Shown: positions 36,935-49,779 of the stretch, piece after piece
Numbering within the stretch: the stretch's first letter is position 1
Layout of the letters: each line of letters begins with the position of its first letter
Source: Lama guanicoe
Lineage: Eukaryota
Direction of reading: 5' to 3'
Length of the DNA stretch: 64,000 bases
NCBI GenBank assembly: GCA_013239625.1
Contig: MU054033.1
Span: 124,001 to 188,000, forward strand
Program-made: the position numbers and the translations under genes
Notes under the pieces: generated by a model
Told to the model about the DNA's origin: nothing
Database searches by the model: none
Seen by the model: the letters and a program-made list of their open reading frames with translations, nothing else

Positions 36935-37573
36935 CAGTCAATTCTCAGTATTCATGATAGTCATGTTCTATAAAGTCACTGCCATCAATGAATTATCAAA
37001 TACTGAACCACTGACTCCTAAGGGAGATACAGTTAGGTTCCTGTGAGCCTCTGGTCACCACCTTTTCACTAACTGCTTAATACATAACCTTGTTTTATGT
37101 GTGTTTCCATTTAAAGACTCCTTATTTGATACATATTCTTGATTCATGAACATTGAACTTGTAGTCAGCAGCCCTGTAACTCATGAGGGAAAGGAAGCTT
37201 AGGTAACACACGTTTTCTCTGTAAGACGCCTTATAGCCTTCCTGTGCTTAGGACGCCAGACAGCACTTGAGCACCGTGCTGAAATCACCACCAAATGCCC
37301 CCAAACCAGGAAAATGTAGGGCTCAGTAGACCACAAAAAGGACACTTGTGTACAGTATGAACTGAAACAAGAAGGCAGACCATCACGTTGTTTGACCTTG
37401 GTCGTGACCTCAGCTGGGAACACGGAGTCAGACAATTTACATTTTTGCAGCATCTTGAAATGTCCAAAAATGACCTTGAAAGTGCCACTCGTGTGGATTT
37501 GGAGGTTACAAACAAAATTTAGTGAATAGATAAATTTGCAAATACAGAATCCACAAATAATGAGAATGGACTG
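36935..37573 (-). mobile_element. MER82-like Tc1/mariner (Tigger) non-autonomous DNA transposon
   Basis: Terminal inverted repeats cagtcaattctcagtatt / aataatgagaatggactg, with TA at the right flank. Confidence 0.75.
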
Positions 37574-37846
37574 TATAGGTTTGTAAACACGGTGCGGGGG
37601 AGAATTTAAGATGAAAACATTAGAAATACAGGGTTTCCTTATGGGGCAGAAAGGGGAATTGGGGACCTGAGGGGCTTTCAGTGTTTCTCGTCAACAGTTC
37701 CGTAGTATTTTAATTTTTCAAGTCCAGATTGCTTTTGTGGTATTGAAAACAACTTAAGGATTTTAAAAAAGTAATTGAGAACATGACTCATCGGTCAAAA
37801 TATTTAAAAAGTTGCCTAGAAATTAATTTTTAAATTTCAGTGAGTT

Positions 37847-38291
37847 CCCAAATGTCTGTCAACTGATGAATGGGTAAACAAAATATGGTATATTCATAGA
37901 ATGGAAATGTATTCAACAATAAAAAGAAATGAAGGACTGATACATGCTCCAACATGTATGGACCATGGAAATATTTTGCTAAGTGAAAGAAGTTGGTCTT
38001 AAAGACCACATATTGTATCCATTTATTTGAAATTCTAGAATAGACCAATCCATAGGGACAGGAATTAAATTAACAGCTGCCCAAGGCTGGAGGTTTAGGG
38101 GAAAATGGTCTGGGAAGTCTTTCTTTCAGGGGAGACAAATGTTTTAAAATTAGATTGCACTGGTGATATATTCTGAATATACTAAAAAAAATATACCAGT
38201 GAGTTGTAAACTTTAAATAAGTGAATTGTATGGTGTATGAATTATATCCTAATAAATTATTTTAGGATATTTTGAAATATATATATTTTTT
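37847..38291 (+). mobile_element. Old L1M (L1MB-like) 3' end with intact TSD
   Basis: cccaaatgtctgtcaactgatgaatgggtaaacaaaatatggtatattcata... TSD AATTTCAGTGAGTT at 37833-37846 and 38292-38305. Confidence 0.85.
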
Positions 38292-38923
38292 AATTTCAGT
38301 GAGTTATTCCCCTCCAACTCAAATTTAACTTCTTGCATGTTTCCTCAGAGACCTCTGTGTTCTTTGCTTTGATTTTGTTTTCCTTTTTATCCACCGAATT
38401 AAGAGAGAAGATTTTAAAGATTTTTTAAAATCACATGCAGGAAAGATGGAGGTGTTAACTTCACATGATGGCTGTGTTAAAAGTCATCTTTATTTTTTAC
38501 TTTTTACTCTTTTTTTTTTGGATTATACACATTTTTTTTACAATGAGCATTTATTACTTTAAACACATTTCATTTTTTTATTATTATTATAAGACTTTCC
38601 CATGGTAATTGCTTTCCATTAACTCCAATTTCCAAATTAAAAAAATTTTTTTTAAAGTTATTTGCTTTTTCTGATTTGTCACTTTGCAATTAAAGAGAAA
38701 TGTTTCTGGGTACTTCTCAAATTATACTGTCATGATCCAAGAGTGGGTCATCACGTTTCTGGATAGAACAAAGACAATAAAGGGACAAGTTTAATCTTCT
38801 AATGAAGCATCCTAGCGCTGTGATTCCGTGGTTAGCTTCAAGTGGGTTTTGAAGCTCTAGGCTCAGTTCACGGCCACTAAGCTCCATTATTTGCTGAAGG
38901 GGGTGGGATCCACCCTGGGTATT

Positions 38924-39343
38924 TGTGGGAGACTGACAACAGTGACCCCCAACGAGCCACGCCTCCTCATGTCCTGTTTCCTCTGCGGAGTGGCAGTGGT
39001 ACTCTCCCCATCAAAGCGTGGAGTCTGTTTCTCCACCCCGTTAATCTGATTTGCTCTGACCCGCTGACAATGGCAGACATGACAGAGTGCCAAACCCCAA
39101 GCCAAGGGGTTTGCATCTCTTTCTCTCGCCACCCAGTCTAGCCTGTGTTGGATGGAGGAGAACTGAGGTGCCCCAGCCCATAGTCTGTGGCCATCGGAGA
39201 CGTTCCGGCCCAGGTGACCCGGGAGAAGCCACCAGAGGACCCTCCCAGCCCAGCCACAGAATAATGAAAAACAAATCACCGCTGTTTTAAACCACTAAGC
39301 CTTTGGGGAGTGCTGTATTTTATAGTAGTAAATACTTGAATCA
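38924..39343 (+). mobile_element. MLT1 LTR
   Basis: TG start, ggagtctgtttctccacccc, cccagcccagccacagaataatgaaaaac...gttttaaaccactaag end. Confidence 0.75.
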
Positions 39344-39699
39344 GTAATTGAGGACCAAAAAGAGTGTCTATTGGCCATAAGGGAGGAAGGGGAGTACAGG
39401 TCGGGGAACTGCTAGTTTGAGAGGAGGTGGCGCTCTGAACCTGGCATGGCATCTGTCTTGGGAAGTGCAAATCTCAGTGCACAGGCAAGACACGCATCCT
39501 GCCATGGCCCAAGACTAGGGGACCATCCCAGCACTGCAGCCTCTGCACACACCTCCCACCTACTTATCCTCTGTTAACTGAGTGAGGCGGACCCATGCAG
39601 TTACACTGTGGACATGCCACCGGGAGTTTCCCATCAAACCACCTAAATGCAGCACCCTGGGACATGACAGTGTTTTCCAGTGATTTCTAAGCCTGGCTC

Positions 39700-39866
39700 C
39701 TTTTTTTTTTTAATTTTAATTTTTTATTTCTTTAGGGAGGAGGTCATTAGGTCTATTTATTTATTAATGATTAGTTTTTTTTTTTTTAATGGAGGTACTG
39801 GGGAATTGAACCCAGGACCTCATGCATGCTAAGCATGCGCTCTACTACTTGAGCTGTCCCCTCCCC
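39700..39866 (-). mobile_element. Vic-1-type SINE
   Basis: Poly-T...tggaggtactggggaattgaacccaggacctcatgcatgctaagcatgcgctctac. Confidence 0.9.
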
Positions 39867-40002
39867 ATCAGGTTCCTGTTTATGCCTTGATGTTCTTCCA
39901 CACAAATTCCTCCTTGCTTAAGGAAACTTGAGTTTATTTCTGGTCCTTCAAAAATAATCATCTCTAAGTAACACATAAATTAGTACTAGGAGTGGGGTAA
40001 AT

Positions 40003-40805
40003 ATACGGCAGGTTAAAGATGGCCACAGATTCTTCGATACTTTTCCCATAGAAGTGAGTCTCTTCCCCCTCCCTCTGAATCTGGGCTGGTCTGTGACCGT
40101 TTGACCAGTGGAACATGACAGATGTGAAGCTACGCTAGTTGTAAGCACAGTCTTCTTGGAGCCCTGAGCTGCCGTGTAAGAAGTCTGCCTAGACTAGAGC
40201 ACCATGCTATGAGGCGTCCAGACTATGTGACGACGCCCTGGAGAGGAAGACACACGTGAAGAGAGGGAAAGGCCAAGAAAGTCCAGTGAACACGGGGACA
40301 CGGTGAGTAAGGAAGCCAGGAAGCCATCTGGGAGGAAGCGGCCCAGCCCCAGGCGTCCTCGTTGACCCCTCGTAGCTCAGAGACTCACCATCCAGTTGAG
40401 AGCTTCCAAAATTCATGACCCACAACAGCGTGAGCAAAATCAAACGCTTGTTTAAAAACCAATAGTTGTCAAGGGGGCGGGGGGTGGGAAGGGATAGACT
40501 GAGATTTCAAAATTGTAGAATAGAGAAACAAGATTACACTGTACAGCACAGGGAAATATATACAAGATCTTGTGGTAGCTCATGGAGAAAAAAATGTGAC
40601 AATGAATATATGTATGTTCAGTGTATAACTGAAAAATTGTGCTCTACACTGGAATTTGATACAACATTGTAAAATGATTATAAATCAATAAAAAATGTTA
40701 AAAAAAATCCAACGGTTGTTTCTATACTGCTGTTTAAAAACAAAGGGTTGTTTTAAGCTACTGAGTTGTGGGGTAATTTGTTATGTTGCAATAAGTAACT
40801 GGAAG
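40003..40805 (+). mobile_element. MLT1 LTR interrupted by L1
   Basis: aaagatggccacagattcttcgatac...tgaatctgggctgg...gttttaagctactgagttgtggggtaatttgttatg. Confidence 0.8.
40470..40707 (+). mobile_element. Young L1 3' end inserted in an MLT1 LTR
   Basis: G-rich tract, tacagcacagggaaatata..., caataaaaaatgttaaaaaaaa tail, with TSD-like flanks. Confidence 0.8.
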
Positions 40806-40894
40806 AAAGTAAAAGACCCTGAGGAAAAGATGACCAGACCATGGGATGGTGTGGACACTATGGAAATAAAATAGCCAGTGATATTGGGTGGCAA

Positions 40895-42850
40895 AACTCA
40901 CATTCTTGGGATAAATTCCACTTGATCGTGATATCTGTAGGATTTGATCTGCTAAAATATTACTTAGAATGTTTTATACCTAGTTCTTGAGAGATATTAG
41001 TCTATGTTTTGGCATTTTTTGTAATGTCTTTGTATTGTTTTCATGATCAGGGTAATGCTGAGAAATACGTCCTCCTTTTCAATTTTATGGAAGGCTGTAT
41101 ATTGAATTGTTATTTCTTCCTTAAACAATTTGTAGAGTTCACCAATAAAGCCATCTGGGTCTGGCATTTTCTGAAGGAAGAAGTTTTCCTACAGTTTCAA
41201 TTTCTCTAATAGATACAGAGTTGTTTAGTTTATCTATTTTTTTCAGCATGGGCTTTGGTAATTTGGTAATTTGTGACTTTTCAGGAATTAGCCTGATAAA
41301 TCTAAGCTGTTGAAATTATTGGCATAAAGTTGTCAAAATACCCTTTTATTATCCTTTTAATGTCTGTATATTCTGTAGTGATGTCACATTGTGTCACTAG
41401 AGATTCATAAATGTTACTGATCTTCTCAAAGATTTTTTTTGTTAATTTTTGGTTGTCTGTTTCATTTAATTCCTGTCTGATCTTTAATTAATTCCCTCCT
41501 ATTTACTTTTGGTTTAATTTTCTCTCTGATTTCTAGTTTCTTATGGTAGAAGTTGAGGTCGCTGATTTAAGACCATTTCTCTTTTCTAATATGTGCATCT
41601 ATGCTATTGATTTCCCTGTGGTATTTCTTTAGCTACATCGCCACAAATTTTGATACATAGTGTTTCCATTTGCATTTAATTAAAATACTTTCTTTTTTTC
41701 ATTTCTTCTCCATCCTATGGGCCATTTAGAAGTGTGTTATTTAGTTTCCACATATTGGGGAAATTTCCCAAAGACCTTTCTGTTGTTGATTTCTTATTAA
41801 TTCATTGTGGTCAGAGAACACACCTTGCATGGCTTGAATCTTCTTAAAGTTACTGAGACTTGTTTTATGGTGCAGAATGTAGCCTGTCTTCATAATTTGT
41901 GTGTGTGTGTGTGTGTGTGCACTTGAAGGTTGCATGGAGTATTCTGTAAATATCACAGTGTAGTTCAAACCTTCAGTGCCCTTACTGATTTTCTGTCTGC
42001 ATCATCTATCAATCATTGAAAGAAGGGTACTGAGACTTCGGACTATAAAAACCAATTTGTTTTTTTCTCCTTTCAGCGTTTTCATCAATTATTTGGGAAC
42101 TCTGTTATTAGGTTTATAAATGTTTGCACTATAGGAATGTAAGCATCACCGTGTCCTCTTGACCCTTTTATTATTATGAAATAATCTTCTTTATCCTTGG
42201 TAATATTCTTTGCTCTGAAATGTACTTTGCTGGCTATTAATACAGCCATTCCAACCTTTTTTTGACTAGTGTTATTATAGGATATCTTTCTCCATTCTTC
42301 TATTTTTCACCTCTTTGTGTCTTTTTATTTAAAGTGCATTTTCATAAGCAGCATAGAACTGTATCTTGCTTTTTTATTCAATCTGATTATCTTTGAATTT
42401 TAACTATAGTATTTAGTTGTTTATACTTGTGGTGTGACTTTATGATTTAATGTGATTATTAAATTGATTACATTAAGTCAATCGTCCTGCTCTTGGTTTT
42501 TTATGTGTCCCATTCTGCTCTTTATTCCCTTTTGTGTTTTCTGGCTTCCTTAGGATTAACTGTATGCTTTTTATGATTCTATTTTATCTCTTTTATTGCT
42601 AATGAGCAACAACTCTTTGTTTTGTTACTTAGCGCTTGCTTTAGAGTTCATAGTAAACATCTTTAATTCATCACAACCTCCATTCAAGTGATATTACACC
42701 ACTTTACATATGCTATGAGGACATGGTAATATCTTACTTCCATTTTCTCTCTCTTATTTATTCTATTCTCCTATCTAGTCTATAATTCTATTCATTCTTT
42801 ATTCTATTGCTGTCATACACTTTACTTCTACATGTTTTATAAACCCCACA
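40895..42850 (-). mobile_element. Old L1M ORF2 remnant (~2 kb)
   Basis: Long T-rich antisense L1 (ttgggataaattccacttgatc, tgtggtcagagaacacac, tacagccattccaac). Confidence 0.85.
41898..41919. repeat. (TG)n microsatellite
   Basis: 11 TG units. Confidence 0.95.
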
Positions 42851-44139
42851 CACTTTTCTGTCACACTGTCTTAGGGCCCAGATTGTCTGATCCACAATCC
42901 ATTCTTTTCATCTACATTCTAAACACCTTGACAAAACAAGAAAACAAACAAAGACAAATAGACAAAAATCCTCTGCTCAAATCCGGGTTTTGACAAGCTG
43001 GTCAAAGGTAGCAGAGGTTATGTTGTTTTAAATATAAGGCAGACCCTGGCGAAAATGCAACAAAATCAGTCAATTCAACTGCACATTAATGTATTCTTCA
43101 TGATTTCAACAATGCACGTTCATTGAAGCCTCAGAAAGTTCTAAAATAGCTGTTGGGATAAAATTGATAGATTTACAGGGTAATATTACTATAAACTATT
43201 TTTTCACGTGGAAAGGAAAACTGCCTAATGTGACAAGCAGCTTTGAGTTCTATAATGAGTAATAATCACTTACACAGATGGTGCTTACAGTACGTTAGGC
43301 ACCACCCTGAGCTTCACATGAATAATTTATTTAATCTTACTTCATTGTAAAGTAGTCCACTTACAACAGAGCGGTGAGAATTGCTATATATGGCAATTCA
43401 GAAAATGTTTAACTTGAGAGTGTAATCAATTCTGAGGATGGTATGCATCCTGTTATATGACTTCCCTACATTGGTTAGATCATGATTTACTAAAAAGGAT
43501 TTCGTTTCCATCCCATGTGAATACTAAATTTTTTTCGCCCCTTAAAAAGAAAAACACTTTTCGTTTTATTATTTCAACAAGTTCTCAATCTTATTGTTTC
43601 AACTAGTACTAATAAATTTTAGTTCTTACTGTTCATATCATATTTTTATGATATGGCACCAGACTCTCAAATAAATACTGACAGGAGCAGGGCTGGAATT
43701 CGTGGCATAATACATTGTTTGTATAATCTGCACCTCCTAAGAGATGAATAAATCATACATTCTTGTGTAACAGGACAGAAGGAGTTCCCGCGTGCGCCAG
43801 GGAAGGAACATTGAGCACGTCTGTGGAATGTCAGAGCTCTGGTTCAGGAGGAAAAGTCCACCTGCGGTGGCAGTCCCGTGGCTGGGGGCACAGATGCCAA
43901 AGGAAGGTGGTGGCATATCACTTGAAAGGCAAGATGGGACAAGGGGGAAGGCCACCGTTCATCCCCACACTGAGGCTACTGCGCTCTCTGCATGGGCCTG
44001 AGCACTCCTCCCCCTCCCCCTGCTCATCAGGGTGCAGTAAGCTACGCTCATGCTCCCAGACGATGCCTTAGGGATGAGAAAATGTGAAATCTGGAAAAAA
44101 CAAACAAACCAACCCGTCTGGATCAGCTCTTGTGGGGAG

Positions 44140-45310
44140 TTGAATGAACTCAATAATAATAAGTAAAGTGTATAGTATTATAGATAGTGATACACGCTAA
44201 GGATCAAAAACAGAGCAACTAAGGGAGACTGGAATGGTGAGCCTTAGGGAAAGAGTGGTCAGGGAAGGCACCAGTGAGAAGATGACATTTGAGTAGAACC
44301 TGGAGGTCAAGAAGCATGGCATGTAGGCTCTTGGCAAAGTGCATTCCAGGCCGTAGGACACTGAGCCCAGCCTGTTGAAAGAGACGAAGGAAGCCAGTGA
44401 GGAAGGGACAAGGTGGGTCGTAGGAGCAGAGGGTAGATCATATGGAACCTGCGGGCCACTGGAAAGATGTTTGCTTTTCCTACAGATGAGAAAAAGCTTA
44501 CTGGAAGAGGAGAGAAAGATGTGAGTTGGATTTTAAATGCATCATCCTGGCTGCCATGCTGAGAACAGACTTAGCAGCACAAGGACAGAAGCAGAGAGAG
44601 CAGGTGGGCAGCAACTGTGCTAAGACAGATGTGAGATGATGGAGGCTCAGACCACGGCAGAGCGCACATAAGTTGACTGGTTTAGGGGTATGTTCTGACG
44701 ATTGAGCCGGCATGTTTGCTGATGGATTTAATGTGCTTCATGGGAGAAGACAAGGAGACGAGGATGACCTCAAAGTCTCTGGCTCAGTGCCATTTACTGA
44801 GGTGGGAACGACTGTGGGAGGAGAAGCCTGGGCGCAGAGGTCAGCAGTTGTGTTCTGGACAGTTTCAAGCTGGATATGCCTCTCACAAACTCAAGTGGAA
44901 ATGTCAACTATGTCACTAGGCCCAGGACATCAGAGTCCAGGGGAGGGATTCAGCAAGAGACGCTCGTTTGGGAGCATCCGTCTATAGTTGGTATTAACGG
45001 ATGTGAGACTGAACACCATTCCCAAGAAAATGAGACATTCCAACATTTAAACATTAGGGAGATGAGAGGAAACAGAAAAGTAGATGGAAAAAAGTATGGT
45101 CAGAAGAAAATCAGAAGAATGAGATATTCGGGAAACCAAGCAAAGAAAGCATTTCAAGAAGGTGAGGGTCAAGGGCTACTTATAAGCTGAATAAGATTAG
45201 GACTCGTAGTTGATCCTGGTGATCAGAATTATGGAAATCACTGAAGACTTTGTCAATAGCAGTTTTTGTGGCAAGGTAGAGGTGAAATCTTCATAGAAGT
45301 GATTTCAAAG
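44140..45310 (-). mobile_element. LINE-2 remnant
   Basis: gtggtcagggaaggc..gtgagaagatgacatttgag, gcattccaggc, catcctggctgccatgctgagaacagac, tgccatttactgaggtggga, all antisense L2 motifs. Confidence 0.8.
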
Positions 45311-45329
45311 TCAGTGAAAATGGTAGGGT

Positions 45330-46500
45330 AAGGACTTCTGAAAATTCTCTGCTCCGTAAAAGCAATGAGAAAACTGGCAGAATGATTGGAACCAGCTTTC
45401 TAAGAGCCCTGGAAATTAATCAAAGCCTTGTAGCAATCCAGGGAGAATTTACGCAAGACAAGCACCCAAATCTTTGTAAGAACAGAAAGCTTTGTGGAGC
45501 TTTAACTTGCCCTAGTCCCATCTCCTCTCCAACTTTGCAAAGCCTGGAAAGCCTACAGCTTGATAGCCACCAGGAAAGGCAGGAAGGAAGAGGAACTGCT
45601 TCAGAGCCCTGTTCCCAGAGAAGTGTCACTATTTTACTTGCCTAGGGGTTACCTGGGAGACACCACTTAAAAGACTATCTTTGTTTGCCCCGATTCAAGC
45701 TTCCCCAGTGAGAAAAGCCTTTTCTCAGAAGTGTTTGCTGCAAATATTTAGAAGCAATTGTCTAAACTCACAACTGCACAAAGTGAGGCAAACAATAGGC
45801 TAACAAAAACCTTTAAAAGAAACCTGGAAAATGAGACGTCCATAGGGGCTTTGGAAACACATTTCAGGGCATCTGAAAGGCTGTCACACTCAGGAGTGTC
45901 CTCAGAAGGCATGAAGCTCTCAGCTCTGGTTGGCTATGGGGCTCTGCGTCAGCAGGAAGTTCAGGCTAAGGCAGAGTTATCAGCTGCCCGGCTGAGTATT
46001 GAACCGACAGATGTACAGAGCCCCTTGGCAAAGACTGGGAGAATCCTCATTGGTTGCAGGTGTTTAAGGAACTCTCTGTCCGATCATTACCTGACCACTA
46101 AGCTACTCAAGCAGAGACCTCGCGGAGACAGCACAGAATGGAGGCAGAACTGGTACAAAATAGTCATTAAACAGACAACAATAAAAACAAGCAGCAACAA
46201 GAACAGGCCTTGGACAGGGAAGAGAATCTGACTTCCAGAGGTGCCACCTTATATCATTTGAAATGTCCAGTTTTTAACAAAAACGATAAGGCGTGCAAAG
46301 AAATAAGAAAGTATGGGTGAAAGCATCAGCCAATGGAAACTGCCCCGAGGAAGCCTAGACATTGAAGTCTTCTAGACAAAGACTTGAAATCAGCTGTTTT
46401 AAGAATGTCTAAAGCACCAAAGGAAATCACATCTAAAGAAATAAAGGAAAACATGAGAACAATGTCTTCGCAAATCAAGAAGAGCTGTGAAGACATACAA
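45330..46500 (+). mobile_element. Old L1M 5' region and ORF1 start remnant
   Basis: gaatctgacttccagag...aaatgtccagtttttaacaaaa...ctagacaaagacttgaaatcagctgtttt...aaagaaataaaggaaaacatgagaacaatgtct, typical of L1M4/L1MC 5' ends. Confidence 0.65.
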
Positions 46501-47019
46501 AGGACAAAAATGAAGCTCATTCCAGACTACATCAAAGGATAAACTGACGTAAAGGCTAACTATCCAGAGCATTGGTTTCCAGGGATTAAGGGCAAGGAAA
46601 GTGTCTGATTATAAAGGGGCAACACAGGGGGATTCTGGGGGAGATGAAGCCATTCTGCATCCTGACTGGGGTGGTAATGACGGAGTCTAGTCACATGTTA
46701 AAATTCGTAGAACTTCACTGTAAAATAATGTCTATTTGATCGTATAATGGTTTAAAAATGGAACTCAAAACCATCAAGTGCTGATTATAAAAATGATAAA
46801 AAGAAGACAAAAGATTTATTTCACAAAAGCTAGAAATAAAATACTGTGTGAGATGAAAATGGAATAGCTTAGAGGAGACTTAAAGTTCTTAGTCTTAGAA
46901 GAACAGGATAATCACTAACTTCAGACTTCAATTTAAGTATGTATATTTGCTAGGGATAATCAATAAAAATAGAAGTATAATGAATAATCTTCCAAAAAAT
47001 AAAGATAGCAAAAAATATA

Positions 47020-47334
47020 ATTTTTTCAAATTGAACTAGTCAGTTACAATGTGTCAATTTCTGGTGTACGGCACAATGTCCCAGTCATGCATACACACAC
47101 ATATATTCATTTTCATATTCTTTTTCATTAAAGGTTATTATAAGATATTGAATATAGTTCCCTGTGCTCTACAGAAGAAAAATTTTTAAATCTATTTTTA
47201 TATATAGTGGCTAACATTTGCAAATCTCAAACTCTCAAATTTATCCCTTTCCACCCCTTTCCCCTGGTGACCATAAGATTCTTTACTATGTCTGAAAGTC
47301 TGTTTCTGTTTTGTAGCTGAGTTCATTAGTGTCT
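47020..47334 (-). mobile_element. Lineage-specific L1 3' end
   Basis: gtcagttacaatgtgtcaatttctggtgtac...atattgaatatagttccctgtgct...gtctgtttctgttttgta. Confidence 0.85.
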
Positions 47335-48294
47335 GCTTAGAAAATGCGTATTTTGTCCCCTCCCATTTACAGATGTGAATGTGTTGGGTTTCTCCCTCTG
47401 CTCTGAACCTGTAGAATGGGGAGGAAGGAGGGGAAATGAGGGGGACGACGGGACAGCAGGCCAAAGTTATAGGTAAAGAAATTTCAGGGAAAGAGAAATG
47501 CTGAAAAGATAATTTTTCAAAAGCTTTAAGAAATCAGGTGTGGTATAACCCACATTTCTGACCCCACCCAAGGAACTGTCAGCCAAAACATGTTGCTGTT
47601 GAAACTCTCGGGTCAAGTTTGTGGGGAGCCCAGTCATGTGAAAATTGCACACTGATGAGGGGGGCTGAAGCACGATTAGGTCATTTCCCCAAAGTTCACA
47701 CCGAGAGTAAATGGCAGGGTTGCTCTCTGGATGGTTCTGGAGCTCGACCCCCAGCACATGCAGTGGAAAGCAAAAAGCGGTGCAGGCCCGTGGAAAGGAC
47801 AAAGCTTTGCTGATTGACTGGTTTTGGGGGGGGGGCAAGGCTCATAGGAACTCTCCCCCCTCACCCCCAGTCTGTTTTTCACCAAATCCAGAATGGAGGA
47901 GTCTGGAGAGAGTGCTTCAAGACCAACTCTCAAAGCCTTATTTGCTCTTAAAACATCCTTAAAGGGCTCCCAGAGGAAGAAAACAGAGGAAAACCCCACC
48001 TGGCCGTCCTCACACAACACGGGGGTGGGGCGGGGGGAGTGGCCCCGGGTTCACACCGTCACCAGCGGCGGCGCGAGGGGCAGCTGTGCGCGGGGCCCCT
48101 GCAGCTGGATGATGATTTTACTTACCACCTTCTCCCATTCTCTCCTGGATCCCCTGCTGTCCCTGGCCAGGCACAGTCTGAGTCCCTCTACTCTGCATTA
48201 GGAATGAGAACTGTGTGGGATGTTCCCCCAAAGAGATTCAGCAGAGACAGAAGGGCCTAAGTAAATTTAACAGGGGTAACGGGGCGGGGGGAGG

Positions 48295-48336
48295 NNNNNN
48301 NNNNNNNNNNNNNNNNNNNNNNNNNNNNNNNNNNNN
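48295..48336. other. Assembly gap (42 N)
   Basis: Run of N directly after a G-rich tract. Confidence 1.
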
Positions 48337-49571
48337 GCTCAGGGGTCTCCGGCGTCTGGCACTCACGGTCAGGACTCTCCCGAATTCACCCCAACTATCA
48401 GGAAATTGTGCTTGAGCAAAAAACGCCAAACAAACTGCTCGATAATCAGTTAAAAGATAAATCTCACAAAACAAACAACTGAGACCCCGGAGGGTCCAAA
48501 TCCTTTCTCCAAGAGAGCAAAAACAAAGAGAATTCCTAAGTTACCAACAGGAGGATCAGGCCTTCCACTCCCAGACCTTTGCATGTGTTAAGCAAAACCA
48601 AGAATAAGCAAGAAAATATGCTATTTGAATTGCGTTCAAAATGTCTTTTACAAGTGAAGCAAATTACTTCTGCATGTTCTGGGGCTCTGCAGAGAACAAA
48701 TGGTGTTCTGCCTTCAATAGGTAAAATTACACAATTTGCTTTTAACAGTAAACCCAAAGCGGCGGTGGCTTCAGGTAGCATCGCGCTCCCGAGGGGTCCC
48801 CTTCACGCAGCTCCACTCCCAGCGGTTCCTGAGCTTTTGGGAGGGCCGCGGTTGTCCCCACCGGGCGCAGCGTGGCGACGAGGGCCCGGGGGAGGGCGCC
48901 GGCGGCGGGGACGCGTCCTGTTTCTTTCCTTGAACGTTTGGCTTCTCTTCCTCCCGCGCCGCGGGTTTCTGGGGCTGGGTGGCTCTTTGATTTGCCCGGT
49001 GGAGGCTGGCGGGGCGCAGAGTCGTCCTGGGTTACAGATTTATGACCAGGCCCCCGGGGATCCCGCCCCCTAACGGTGGGTGCCAACTGGCCCGGGCTCT
49101 CTGCGGCGAGGGCAGCCCCCTCGAGGGCCGGCCGGACGCCCCGAAGGCTCCACCCTTGCGGCGGAGGACCCCGCCGAGCAGGCCCGAGGGCAGGAGCGGA
49201 AGGCACGTCCGGGGACGGAGCCGCGGCCCCCGGTCCCGGCCCCCCGCTCCCCGCGCGCCCCGCCCGCCGCAGGCGTGTCCCTCCGGCAGGGGGCGCCGGC
49301 GCCGGCCTCGCTACCGGCCTCGCCCTGCCCCGCGGGGCGGGAGAGCCTGGGACCCTGCCTCCCCGCTCGCCCGCGGTCCGCCCCCCGCGCTCGTCCCGGC
49401 GGCCGGAGCCGAGCAGCGCATCCGGGCGGGGAGAGGAGGAGGACCACGAGTTCCTCGAAAGGGACCAAGTCGCCAGGCGCCCGGGAGGAAGGGCGGCGGA
49501 CGCGCGGCCGACAGGGCTGGTGGCGCCCGGACCCCAGCAGCCCCCTCGCCCCGGCCCCCACGGCCTGCGGC

Positions 49572-49589
49572 ATGGCCCGGGGCCCGGCG
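49572..49589 (+). CDS. ROR2: ROR2 exon 1, start of coding sequence (signal peptide), truncated by assembly gap
   Basis: cccggcccccacggcctgcggcATGGCCCGGGGCCCGGCG gives MARGPA (human MARGSA...). The leader resembles the remembered human ROR2 5' UTR, Kozak context is good (ggcATGG), it lies in a CpG island, and it is syntenic downstream of SPTLC1. Confidence 0.88.
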
Positions 49590-49779
49590 NNNNNNNNNNN
49601 NNNNNNNNNNNNNNNNNNNNNNNNNNNNNNNNNNNNNNNNNNNNNNNNNNNNNNNNNNNNNNNNNNNNNNNNNNNNNNNNNNNNNNNNNNNNNNNNNNNN
49701 NNNNNNNNNNNNNNNNNNNNNNNNNNNNNNNNNNNNNNNNNNNNNNNNNNNNNNNNNNNNNNNNNNNNNNNNNNNNNNN
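49590..49779. other. Assembly gap (190 N) covering most of ROR2 exon 1 coding sequence and its donor site
   Basis: Run of N between MARGPA and a poly-C tract. Confidence 1.

Noticed and set aside
45758..46231. 157-aa ORF
   Set aside because: Lies in a degraded L1 5' region and starts at TTG.
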